Assembly (NCBI GenBank): GCA_020853775.1
Contig: JADYYH010000093.1
Location: forward strand, 211-64,210
DNA from: Nitrospira sp.
Lineage (GTDB): Bacteria > Nitrospirota > Nitrospiria > Nitrospirales > Nitrospiraceae
Direction of reading: 5' to 3'
DNA: 64,000 nucleotides
The position numbers and the translations under genes are program-made. Positions 49,401 to 58,022 of the stretch are shown in pieces. How positions within the stretch are numbered: the first letter of the stretch is position 1; the number at the start of each line of letters is the position of its first letter. The notes below the pieces were generated by a model. It was not told the DNA's origin and searched no databases. It was given only the letters and a program-made list of their open reading frames with translations.

Positions 49401-49828
49401 AAGACGCGACAGGGCACAGCGATGCGCGACCGGATGTCCGCTCGCCCTTACCGCTGCTGTTGATCGACGATTCACTCAGCATCCGAAAGTTCGTGGGCCG
49501 TATGCTCGAAGCCGCCGGGTATACCGTCGAAACAGCGACGGACGGCGAAGAGGGCTGCCGCAAAGCGATGGCGCAAGCCTACCAGTTGATTATCACCGAT
49601 CTCGAAATGCCCAAGTTGAACGGCTATGAAGTCATTCAAGCCCTTCGCGCGAGGCCTCAGACTCAGGCGACGCCGATTCTTGTGATGACGACGCGGGCAG
49701 GGGAGAAGCATCGCCAGATGGCCGTCAGTGTCGGCGCATCGGGCTACATTGCCAAGCCGGTCGAAGAGCGGGCCTTGATTCAGGAAGTGCGCAAATGGAC
49801 CGGTGTCGAGGCACGGGCTGAAAAGTAA
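46448..49828 (+). CDS. cheA: Hybrid CheA/ChpA-like kinase: 3 Hpt, dimerisation, HATPase, CheW, REC
   Basis: HKLKG, HTLKG, HTLKG; HLVRNAVYHG, DDGAG, FLPGFST, GRGVGMDVV; C-terminal IDDS..TDLEMP..KP. Confidence 0.95.
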   Translation: MSADFDRDQLLDIFVAEAGDDMERFWKALHPEGKVRPEPGEVAEFHAVGHKLKGAALLYGFPGLGQLGALLEETLERVQEMSPSQWPVAFEVIRDIVASFRQQVARIGRGEGEDASLVDGFVQRCAHFLPAASDDDSAQSLTISTEPADDYLLPVMDEEVLSYFAPEAEEYLNTIQSLLQRLEIELSDAETIHQLYRVAHTLKGSAYTVGFQVVGDVVLPIEICMIAVREGTAVISSQWIATIRHAVDVMRSLMARDRQQLPRLRQDVPCITAMLRELEQGMPQVAQADAVSSPGKHAPEENGIPPAALPVDAAAQSLEPNPSVELSEAYLIPMLDAEVISYFAPEAQEYLESLETDLLRVDKDAANPDIIHQLFRTAHTLKGSAYTVGFQSIGDLTHHIEDFMGAVREGRLRFLPGHTDVLLRAIDVIRALMRRDPSMLSRTRQRFAVALQELRGLGEAATTGAIEPAVSSQTDTVVPLDGHDSETAEPVTAGEGKAGEEREVIRVSRDRLERLLNLVGELVIDRGRLEQRLRTLDQLATQVLANKNRLTDAVRTFEDKHTFSFQPSPTTQGESMPQAFPGVSDFGSLEFDKYDDFNILARRISEVTADINESMSQLSGSIHRAQDDMGSLQQLTLGMRDEIARARMVPIGTPFTRFRRAAREMARATGKDVNLVTSGEHTEIDTGVVERLVDPLVHLVRNAVYHGIEPAAVRRVQGKPAAGTIYLHAAHRGNSVLIEVEDDGAGLDIAKIKAKAIKLGLVRQDVAETLPESEVIKFIFLPGFSTADAVGDQAGRGVGMDVVKRVIETMNGHIEVESVRGQGTKFTMHLPLTLLIATALLVRVGKERYAIPLPSVREVTMSTASTLQQMGDRQVVQIGDEAIEVYPLGSLIRREAGTTDGVSPVVIVRTSTGALGCAVDELLGRQEIVIKSLGGLKPYDRSVFGGATIDPEGRVVLVLDVSRLTTREYHETMSIAPAPVVSAIEDATGHSDARPDVRSPLPLLLIDDSLSIRKFVGRMLEAAGYTVETATDGEEGCRKAMAQAYQLIITDLEMPKLNGYEVIQALRARPQTQATPILVMTTRAGEKHRQMAVSVGASGYIAKPVEERALIQEVRKWTGVEARAEK

Positions 49829-49875
49829 CAAGGTTTTGCCGACTCCTGCCGTTGCTGGCAGAATGAAGGACACAT

Positions 49876-50457
49876 ATGGGTCTTCGGGGACAACGGGCAG
49901 TCACTCTCTCAAGCGGGCAAGCGATCAGGTTTCTTGTCACGCTGATCGGTGGTTCCGCCGTTGCGTTTCCCGCGCAGTGGGTTCGCGGTATCGTAATGCC
50001 CGCCGCCACCGGACCTGATGGCCTCGTCACGTGGGCCGGCATGGATTACGAACGAACCGATCTCTCTGCTCGACTCAAGGTGATCTCCAAAGGTCCTTCC
50101 CCCGACACCAGGCTGATTCTCTATGGCAATGAAGAACGGTCACGATCGTTTGAGGTCGACAAGGTGCTCGGTTTGCTGGACGTCGAGCGGGCGCTGATTC
50201 ATCCGTTGCCTCCTCAGTTCCGAGGCAAGGAACGGGAGCGCTTGCTGGGAGTTGTTGTCGACTCTTCGTTTATCGCCCTCATCGCCAATCCTTTTTGGGT
50301 GCTTGAGCTCCCGCTCAGGTCGCATGCCTTGGAAATGTTTGCAATCCGGTTTGCGGAAGGGATGCCCGAAGAGAGCGCGTCACGGCTTCATCTACCGGTC
50401 GTGGCCATGAATGAGCCGGTGTTGATGTCCACGAGCCACGTGAGTCCATCATCGTAG
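49876..50457 (+). CDS. Divergent CheW-like protein
   Basis: RFLV..AFPAQWVRGIV..VDKVLGLLDV..HPLP pattern; operon context. Confidence 0.6.
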   Translation: MGLRGQRAVTLSSGQAIRFLVTLIGGSAVAFPAQWVRGIVMPAATGPDGLVTWAGMDYERTDLSARLKVISKGPSPDTRLILYGNEERSRSFEVDKVLGLLDVERALIHPLPPQFRGKERERLLGVVVDSSFIALIANPFWVLELPLRSHALEMFAIRFAEGMPEESASRLHLPVVAMNEPVLMSTSHVSPSS

Positions 50458-50463
50458 GTCATC

Positions 50464-50940
50464 ATGCTTCGTAGTCAGCTACACAGGCAATCACAGGGCA
50501 CGGGGGCTGGAGCGACCCACGCCCGACTTCAGAATATGGTCGTCTTTTCGGTTGCCGGGAAGTGGCTGGCCGCCAGAACTGAGGAGATCGGCGGGGTCTT
50601 GCCGTGGCCCGGCGCCACGCCGGTTCCCAGTGAGACGCCGCATGTCGCCTCGCTGGTCCGGCATGAGGACTCGTGTCTTCCGGTGTTCGATCTTGCGGCA
50701 AAATTCAACCGCACGGTGCGCGAAGAGGAGTCACTGTGTTTGATCGTCAAACATGTTGACGGCCCTCTTGCCATTTGCATCGATGCTCAGGTGCCCTCGC
50801 TGCATGTGGTGTCGCGTTCAGAAGTGCAGTATCAAAGCGGCCTGGATCCGGACATCGCCGGGTCCTGTGTCGCGGGTGACGAACAATTGCCACTCATCAA
50901 CCTGGCAACCTTAGGGGTCGCATCACCGCGTCCAGCCTGA
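50464..50940 (+). CDS. CheW-like protein (ChpC-like)
   Basis: VVFSVAGKWLAARTEEIGGV, LPVFDL, LPLINL. Confidence 0.7.
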   Translation: MLRSQLHRQSQGTGAGATHARLQNMVVFSVAGKWLAARTEEIGGVLPWPGATPVPSETPHVASLVRHEDSCLPVFDLAAKFNRTVREEESLCLIVKHVDGPLAICIDAQVPSLHVVSRSEVQYQSGLDPDIAGSCVAGDEQLPLINLATLGVASPRPA

Positions 50941-50968
50941 TGCATCCGACATCGCGTAGAGGAATGAT

Positions 50969-52444
50969 ATGCCAAAGATCTTAATTGCCGACGACAGCAT
51001 TGCGGTTCGCAAGGTGGCCGAACGACTTTTGACCGAGGCCGGAATGGGCGTCACGCTGGCGGCTAACGGTTCTGAAGCCCTGGCGATGTTGGCAAAAGAT
51101 CGTCCCGATCTGATCGTCTCCGACGTCATCATGCCCGACAAGAGCGGCTACGAAGTCTGTGCATTTGTTCGCGGGCATGCCAATCTCGCCGATCTTCCCG
51201 TGCTGCTCATCAGCGGCATTGTCAACGACGAAGTATCCAGGCAGGCGGAGTCCTGTAAGGCTGATGGTGTGCTGAAGAAACCGTTTCAGGGATCCTCCCT
51301 GAAGGATCGCGTGCTGGATTTGCTCACCAAGCGTCCGCACAAGCCTGCGCCGGTTACTGAAGCGGTTGCCGCTCCGATTGTGGAACCCGCAGTGATGGCA
51401 GAGGTCCAGCCAGCGCCAGTCCCATCGATGCAGGAAGATCTCATGCCAGCCCCCTTGGTACAGCGGGGGTGGCAACCATCGGTCGAACCGGTGGCGATTG
51501 TTCCGGAGCCGACCCCGGTTGTCCCGGTGCTCAATGAGGACGCTCATGTCCAGAACAGTCCCGTTGATCAGGTTGCCGAGCCAAGCCTGGTGATGCAGCC
51601 GGATGATCGTTACCAGGTGGTGCTGGCCGAGCGCGACGCCAGGATTGCCGAACTTGAAGCGCAGCTGGGATCTGAGCGCCGGCAGAGTCAGGAGGAGCGG
51701 GAACAGCACCAGCTCATCTTGTCGGAGGAACGTGAACAGATTGCGGCATGGTCCTCCAAAATGCAGGCGTGTGAGCATGATCTTGCAGAAACACGCGCTC
51801 ACCGGGATTCGATGACCCAACAGGTGGAGGATCTATCCAGGCAGGCGCACCGGCTGAGCGAGGTGGAGGCCGCCCTGGGTGAGGAGCGGCACCGTGCCCA
51901 GCAGCTTGCGCAGCAAGCCGCCGAAGGTGTTCGATTGGGCGCGCGTGTCGTGGAATTGGAAGCTCATCTCGAAGCCGAGCGTGAAGCGGCCAACCAATTG
52001 GTCAACCAGATTACCAGCCTCGAGCATGTCGAAGATCGCATGCGGGAGCTGGAACGGGTGCTGGCGAGCGAGCGGGAAGAGGCGATGGCTCTGCGAAACG
52101 AACGGGCGCATTTGGAAAAGAGTGCGGCGATGGTGCCCGTACTGGAAGAGGCAGGCGAGAAAGCTCGCGCTCAGGTGGCCGAACTCGAAGCGGCACTCAC
52201 CGCTGAACGTGAGGCGGCGGCCGCGCTGCTTGCGCAATATAAGGAGATGGAAACAAAGGCGGAGCGAGTGGAGGACTTGGAACAGGAGCTCAGTGCTGAG
52301 CGTGACCACTCCATGCAACTGACAAAACGGGTGGCGGATGCCGAGTCGATGGCTGAACAGTCGACGCGACGATTTGAAGATCTGGCGCGAAAGCTGGGAG
52401 AAATCGCCGGCCTTGCGTCCCAACTCGGAAACGCAAAACGCTAA
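50969..52444 (+). CDS. Response regulator: REC + Pro/Val/Glu linker + long coiled coil
   Basis: IADDS, SDVIMPDKSGYEVC, KPF; heptad-rich C-terminal half. Confidence 0.88.
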   Translation: MPKILIADDSIAVRKVAERLLTEAGMGVTLAANGSEALAMLAKDRPDLIVSDVIMPDKSGYEVCAFVRGHANLADLPVLLISGIVNDEVSRQAESCKADGVLKKPFQGSSLKDRVLDLLTKRPHKPAPVTEAVAAPIVEPAVMAEVQPAPVPSMQEDLMPAPLVQRGWQPSVEPVAIVPEPTPVVPVLNEDAHVQNSPVDQVAEPSLVMQPDDRYQVVLAERDARIAELEAQLGSERRQSQEEREQHQLILSEEREQIAAWSSKMQACEHDLAETRAHRDSMTQQVEDLSRQAHRLSEVEAALGEERHRAQQLAQQAAEGVRLGARVVELEAHLEAEREAANQLVNQITSLEHVEDRMRELERVLASEREEAMALRNERAHLEKSAAMVPVLEEAGEKARAQVAELEAALTAEREAAAALLAQYKEMETKAERVEDLEQELSAERDHSMQLTKRVADAESMAEQSTRRFEDLARKLGEIAGLASQLGNAKR

Positions 52445-52477
52445 GAGGCCGTCACTCGTCCCGTCGCGGGCGGGTGC

Positions 52478-53449
52478 ATGAGCCATAGGCAGGATGCTGC
52501 TGTGTCGACGGAACCAGAGCAAACCCAGGACGATTTCCAAAAAGAGCTCATCGAGCTGTTCGGGCAGGAAGCGCAGGAGTGGCTCGTGCAGATCCATGCG
52601 GCTCTGATTGAACTCGAGAGCCTCCCCGACTCGGACCGGCATACGCAACTGATCGACGCGGTGGTGCGGGGCATTACCAGTCTCGGAGGCTCCGCAGCCA
52701 CAGTGAGCCTGCCGGATGTCGAACGCGCCACGTTCGCACTCCTTCCGTTCATCGAAACGATCAAAGACCGAACAACGGCGACCGCACAGGACTTCAGCAC
52801 GGTCCGGGAACACTTTCGGATTGTGATCAGTTCAGTGAAAGTGGCCACGGGAATCACCCTCGACATCGATCCGTTGCCGGAGGTGGCGGTTGCGCCCGAA
52901 CCGGTGCTGGAGTTTTTCCCTCTCTTGAATGCCCTGCATCAGCTGCAGGATGAATTGGCGGCGCCCGGTGGCGTGTCCCGCAGCCTCATTCCGCAGGTGC
53001 TGCAACGTTTGGAGCATGAGGCGCGAATCGGAACCGGTCAGATCCAGGCCGCAAAGTACCAGGAACTATTGGTAACGATTCGTCACACGGATGCGCAATA
53101 TCTGGGCTCGCTCAGACAGGACTTGCCCGGCATTGCGTTGCACCTGAGCCGGCTTCGCGCCGGGGGCCTTGCAGTCCTGGCTTCCGACACCGGATTCGGC
53201 GCCTCAATCCAGCTCGTCGCAGGGCTTCAAGATATCGCCAAGCAGACCAATGCCACGCCGCTCGTCACGTTCCTGACCGGCCTGCAGAGTTTCCTCACGT
53301 TGCTCGTTCAACGCCGCATCGACATTGCCGCTCACCGGCTCCAATCGGTCGAGACGCGTATTCTGGCCGTGGCCAGCATGGTCGAAGAGTGGATTGCGGA
53401 CGGGCAAAAAGAGTTGGACATGATGAGCCGGCTCGCCCCATCGACCTAA
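52478..53449 (+). CDS. Helical protein with His-less Hpt-like domain
   Basis: ELIELFGQEAQEWL..ITSLGGSAATV (Thr at the His position) plus a second helical region. Confidence 0.75.
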   Translation: MSHRQDAAVSTEPEQTQDDFQKELIELFGQEAQEWLVQIHAALIELESLPDSDRHTQLIDAVVRGITSLGGSAATVSLPDVERATFALLPFIETIKDRTTATAQDFSTVREHFRIVISSVKVATGITLDIDPLPEVAVAPEPVLEFFPLLNALHQLQDELAAPGGVSRSLIPQVLQRLEHEARIGTGQIQAAKYQELLVTIRHTDAQYLGSLRQDLPGIALHLSRLRAGGLAVLASDTGFGASIQLVAGLQDIAKQTNATPLVTFLTGLQSFLTLLVQRRIDIAAHRLQSVETRILAVASMVEEWIADGQKELDMMSRLAPST

Positions 53450-53637
53450 GGGTGTCCAGTGCCATCGGCAAGCCGGTGCGGACCTGCCGCAGCCGCCGGT
53501 CGAATCGTGATCGTGCTTACCTTGTGCGCGATATCGCCATGGCTATGAATCGGTCCGAATAAGATCAGCGCGGTCGCGGGTCTCTCCGGTGGGTACGTTC
53601 ACCGATCCAAGGGACATGGGCGAAGGACAGAGACGGA

Positions 53638-55722
53638 ATGGAACAGAACCACTACCGGCAGGCCGAGGAGATACTGGCGCAGCTGGCGGCCTCCGTCCAG
53701 CGGCAGGACGCCGTAGACCTAGGCGAGCTCACGCAGCATGCTAATGGCATCGTGGAATCCGTACAGGGCAGCGATCAGTTGGTGGTTGAAGCGCTCTCCA
53801 GTCCTACGGGTCCTCCGCTGGTGACCAATCTCATCAATGTTGGAATCCTGGCCACGAAGGTTGGTATCGGCCTTGGATACTACGGCGTGGATTTACACCG
53901 TCTCGCCTTAGCCGGCTTGGTGCACGACATTGGAATTTTTGCCATCCCGCAACAGCTCCTGACAAAAACTGGGCGTCTGACCGCCGAAGAACGGACGCTG
54001 GTGGAGCAACATCCTCGTCTCGGTTTCGACGTTATCCGGCAGGCGGGGCCGGACTATGCGTGGTTGGCTGAAGTGGTGCTGCAAGCGCACGAGCGGGGGA
54101 AAGGCCAGGGTTATCCTCATCGCTTGAAAGGTCGGGAGATCAACGAGCTGGCGCAAATCATCGGCCTGGTGGACATCTTCGATGCGCTGGTCAGTCCGCG
54201 TCCCTATCGCCGACGCTTATTGCCGCATGAGGCTGTGCGCGAATTGCTCACGACGGAGCGCACCGCGTTTCCCCGGGAAATCATGAAGGCCTTGGTCGAA
54301 CAGTTATCGGTCTTCCCCCTCGGCACGAGGGTGAGGCTCAGCAGCGGAGAGGAAGGAGTGGTGGTACGCATCACGGCTCGCTATCCGTCGCGCCCGGTGT
54401 TGCGGATCACGGCCACAGAGAACGCTTCGACGTTGGAGCCCACGCGCATAGTCGATTTGAGTCAGTTGCCCCATGTGTCGGTGGTCGATGCCGTCGAGCC
54501 ACCGGCGTTGGAACGCGTCACATTCGAATCCGTTGAACCTGCACCCGCAGCCCCTGCCGCGCCGACAAACGTCTCGGACCAATTTGCAGCCCTGCTGGAG
54601 AGTCTGGATGCCATTGCCGGCGTGATTCAGGCGGCCGTAGACCAACCGGCTGCAGCACCGGGGCCTGTTCAAGCGTCGGAGGAAGCGGAGGCACCTGAGC
54701 CGATGATCCCTGTACGCCGGGAGATTTTAGGCCTGTTCGTGCTGGAAGCGCGGGAATGGCTCAATCAGATCCAAACAGCGTTAGAACGGTTAGACGCCAC
54801 CAGTGAGCAGGCGCGCCGCGCGCAATTGGCCTCGATTTTATGGCAGAGCGTCAACAACCTCGCCCGTTCCGCTGCCACGGTGGGATTGACGGCGGTGGAG
54901 ACAATGGCGACCAGGCTGTTTCCGCTCCTGCAGGCGGCGGCCAGGCATGAACGGGCCGTGGCCGCGCATCACGTGGCGTCGCTTCGGGAGGGATTGCTGG
55001 AGATCAGCAAAACGGTCCAGGAGCTTCGACCGGTGGAAGAGCATCCTTCGAAAGCGGACGAAACGATCCAGCGACCACCGCAGGCCGTTGAGCAACCGGA
55101 GCAGCGGGAGTCTCAGGAGCCGCAGCTGCCCGGCCAGACCACCGCTGAAATCGCCTCGCCCATCTCCATCGCTCCACACCCCATGCCTGCGTCCTCCATT
55201 CTCGAGGCCTTGCGGCAATTGCATGTGGCGCGCGGACGCTCGCTTGAACCGGTGCGGGATGTGTTGGAGACGATCATTCAACGTGCGGAACGCAAGGTGG
55301 CCGGGGGGGCTATGGTGGATGCACGGGCCATCGGACGTCTGTTGCAGGAGTTAGATGAGTTGGATGAGCGGTTTCTCGGCCATATGCAGGTTCGAGTACC
55401 ATCCGTCGTCGCGACGCTCGGCCGTATTGCACGGGCGAGCGAAGAACGCGTGTTGCCCCCGCAGGCGCTGGAGCCTATTTTTGAAGAGATCGATGTGCTC
55501 TTCGAGGCCTCTGAAAAAGTCTCCGCAGCGAATATCAGTGTCTTCCTCCAGGGCCTGCGAACCTTCCTCCGCGTGACCGCACAACATAAGCCGGCAGTCA
55601 TCCGTGAGCGGTTGGCTGCCTTGGAAGAGCGGTTGGCGACGCTTGTTCCGCTGGCCCAGCAATGGGTGGACGTCGGGCGAGTGGAACGGGCGGCCATTTT
55701 CGATATTCTGCCGATGGCCTAG
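53638..55722 (+). CDS. HD-GYP domain protein fused to a His-less Hpt-like module
   Basis: HDIG, HERGKGQGYP, DIFDA, RPYR; C-terminal LFVLEAREWL..VNNLARSAATVG. Confidence 0.85.
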   Translation: MEQNHYRQAEEILAQLAASVQRQDAVDLGELTQHANGIVESVQGSDQLVVEALSSPTGPPLVTNLINVGILATKVGIGLGYYGVDLHRLALAGLVHDIGIFAIPQQLLTKTGRLTAEERTLVEQHPRLGFDVIRQAGPDYAWLAEVVLQAHERGKGQGYPHRLKGREINELAQIIGLVDIFDALVSPRPYRRRLLPHEAVRELLTTERTAFPREIMKALVEQLSVFPLGTRVRLSSGEEGVVVRITARYPSRPVLRITATENASTLEPTRIVDLSQLPHVSVVDAVEPPALERVTFESVEPAPAAPAAPTNVSDQFAALLESLDAIAGVIQAAVDQPAAAPGPVQASEEAEAPEPMIPVRREILGLFVLEAREWLNQIQTALERLDATSEQARRAQLASILWQSVNNLARSAATVGLTAVETMATRLFPLLQAAARHERAVAAHHVASLREGLLEISKTVQELRPVEEHPSKADETIQRPPQAVEQPEQRESQEPQLPGQTTAEIASPISIAPHPMPASSILEALRQLHVARGRSLEPVRDVLETIIQRAERKVAGGAMVDARAIGRLLQELDELDERFLGHMQVRVPSVVATLGRIARASEERVLPPQALEPIFEEIDVLFEASEKVSAANISVFLQGLRTFLRVTAQHKPAVIRERLAALEERLATLVPLAQQWVDVGRVERAAIFDILPMA

Positions 55723-55980
55723 CGTATTTTTCTCCACACGAATCATATTCCAGTCCTTCTGCAGATCGGTTTTTCCCACGCCTAATCCTTAGGCAGTTGA
55801 TCTGCGCCCCCTCGTAGTCTGTGCAAAAGCGTTCCATCCACATGGTTGCGCACAGTCCGTCCACAGTTCTTGTGGACAGAAGGCGAGAGCAGCCTGCAGA
55901 GGTGAGGAGACGAACATATCTCATCAGTACCGCACCTTTTCTCTTGCGGTTGTGGTGGCGATTATACGACCATCACGGCC

Positions 55981-56505
55981 ATGCCAAAACTTGTCTCAGT
56001 CAAACAGCAGGAAGGGCACGACGCGCGCGCGACGGCCTATATCAAAGCCTACATGCTCTTTCCGGCCGGGATTCTCGGCCTGATCTCCATGCTCGGCGGA
56101 GTCGGCGGGTTGGGCTATCAACTCATCGCCACGGATACCTATTCGTGGACCACCTTTGTCGAAAGCTCCGGGTTGTTGCTGCTGGGGGGATTGCTGGGGT
56201 GGGTGCAGACCACCTACCATCGCTGGATCCTGGCCAACCGTCCTGAAGTTTTCGCCGAGCGTATGCGGCAGCCCGCGCTCAACAAAAGCGGCAAGCCGAA
56301 ACGCGAGAGCGGGAAGGCTCAGGAATCGGCCAGCGGATCCCCATGGGCTCCGGGTGCCTATATGGTCGGTCTGGCCTTGTTGCTGGCTGCATCGACCATG
56401 GCGGTGCTGTACGGGGCCGTCCATCCCATCCCGGCCTGCTTCCTGCCTTGGGCCGGTTTTTTCTGGGCCAAACTGTTCTTTTGGAAGACGCTGCTGAAAC
56501 CCTGA
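55981..56505 (+). CDS. Hypothetical membrane protein
   Basis: 174-aa ORF with about 4 hydrophobic segments; no family recognised. Confidence 0.65.
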   Translation: MPKLVSVKQQEGHDARATAYIKAYMLFPAGILGLISMLGGVGGLGYQLIATDTYSWTTFVESSGLLLLGGLLGWVQTTYHRWILANRPEVFAERMRQPALNKSGKPKRESGKAQESASGSPWAPGAYMVGLALLLAASTMAVLYGAVHPIPACFLPWAGFFWAKLFFWKTLLKP

Positions 56506-56522
56506 CGAGACCGGTGAGTCAG

Positions 56523-57605
56523 TTAGGTTCGGCGAGATTTGCGAGGTTTGGCGGCAGGCTTCGCGGCTTGCTCCAGGGTTGCAAGACGTTCTTCCAATTC
56601 GCGGATCCGCTGGCGGAGTTCAGGCAGCTGGGGAATCACCGCCTGTACTTTGAGAAAGGTGGCGTGGGCCATCACCGGCGCGCCGGAGACGATTTGATTC
56701 GGTTCCAGGCTGCGGGTAACCCCGGATTTCGCCGCGATCATCACCTGATCGCCGATCTGCAAATGATCGGCTAGACCTGCCTGACCTCCCACCATCACGT
56801 AGCGCCCCAGGGTGGTGCTTCCGGCAATGCCGACCTGCGCGACCAGAATATTGTGTTCGCCGACGACCACGTTGTGGGCGATCTGGACGAGGTTATCGAT
56901 CTTGGTGCCGCGCTTGATGATCGTATCCCCGAAAGTCGCGCGATCCACGGAGACGTTGGCGCCCAATTCCACGTCGTCTTCGATCAGCACGCCGCCCAGC
57001 TGAGGGATTTTCTGGTGTCGGCCCTGGTATTGCACATACCCGAAGCCGTCGCTGCCGATCACCGTTCCGCTGTGGATGATGACGCGGGTCCCGATCCGAC
57101 ATCCTTCCCGTACCACCACATTGGGATAGAGGAGGCTGTCGTCGCCGATGATGCTGTCGTCCCCGATGAACACGCCGGGGTACAGGGTCACTCGTGCGCC
57201 GATGGTGACACGGTCGCCCAAGGTCACGCCGGGCCAAATCGAGACATCGGCCCCGATCGTCACGCCGTCACCGCGCGTGATGCCTTCTGCAACGCCGCGC
57301 GCTCGGGCCGGCCGCGCAAAAAATTGTTGTGCGGCCCGCGCGAAGGCATAGGCGGGGTTGTCCACGACGATTTGTGGAGACGGACAGTCAGGGATGCGCC
57401 GTCCGACGAGTAGGGCGCCGATGGTAGAAGTCTGTGGGGATTTCAGATGGCGCTCGGACGTGACAAATGCCAGATCGCCCGGTCCTGCCTGCTCCAGGCT
57501 GGCGACGCTGGTGACGGTTGCATCCGGTGAACCGATCAGTTCACCACCCACATACTCGTGAAGGTCCCGGAGTGTCAGCGGGGTACGCCTGGGTGCCGTG
57601 CTCAT
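56523..57605 (-). CDS. lpxD: UDP-3-O-acylglucosamine N-acyltransferase
   Basis: AGPGDLAFV, hexapeptide repeats, IGSDGFGY, KIDNLVQIAHN. Confidence 0.96.
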   Translation of the reverse strand: MSTAPRRTPLTLRDLHEYVGGELIGSPDATVTSVASLEQAGPGDLAFVTSERHLKSPQTSTIGALLVGRRIPDCPSPQIVVDNPAYAFARAAQQFFARPARARGVAEGITRGDGVTIGADVSIWPGVTLGDRVTIGARVTLYPGVFIGDDSIIGDDSLLYPNVVVREGCRIGTRVIIHSGTVIGSDGFGYVQYQGRHQKIPQLGGVLIEDDVELGANVSVDRATFGDTIIKRGTKIDNLVQIAHNVVVGEHNILVAQVGIAGSTTLGRYVMVGGQAGLADHLQIGDQVMIAAKSGVTRSLEPNQIVSGAPVMAHATFLKVQAVIPQLPELRQRIRELEERLATLEQAAKPAAKPRKSRRT

Positions 57606-57609
57606 CCAG

Positions 57610-57957
57610 TTAGGCTTTCTTGCTTTTGGTCGAAGGTTTCGCGGCGGGCTTCTTGGTTGCGGTCTTTGCCGGGGGCTTCGCAGGAGTCTTGGCAGCGCTC
57701 TTGGCCGGGGCGGGGGCTACCCGCCCTTGCACATAGTCGATGACATGCCCGACGGTGGTGAGGCCCACCAGATCCTGGTCGGGAATCTGCAGATTGAAGA
57801 CCTCTTCGATGCGATACAGCATTTCAATGACCGCCATCGAGTCCAATCCAAGATCTTCCCGCAAGTGATGGGTCGGCTCGATCGAGGCTGCATCCCGCTT
57901 CAGATAGTCCGCCAGCGCCTGAACGATCTTGTTGGAAACGTCTGTCGTAGTGGCCAT
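57610..57957 (-). CDS. Acyl carrier protein with C-terminal Lys/Ala/Pro-rich tail
   Basis: DLGLDSMAVIE phosphopantetheine motif, IEEVFNLQIPD, TTVGHVI; basic tail. Confidence 0.9.
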   Translation of the reverse strand: MATTTDVSNKIVQALADYLKRDAASIEPTHHLREDLGLDSMAVIEMLYRIEEVFNLQIPDQDLVGLTTVGHVIDYVQGRVAPAPAKSAAKTPAKPPAKTATKKPAAKPSTKSKKA

Positions 57958-58022
57958 TCCCTGGTTCCTTCGTATCGTGTCTGCTGCATCGATCGCGGAG
58001 CGCTGTCGTTGCCGGACAGGCG

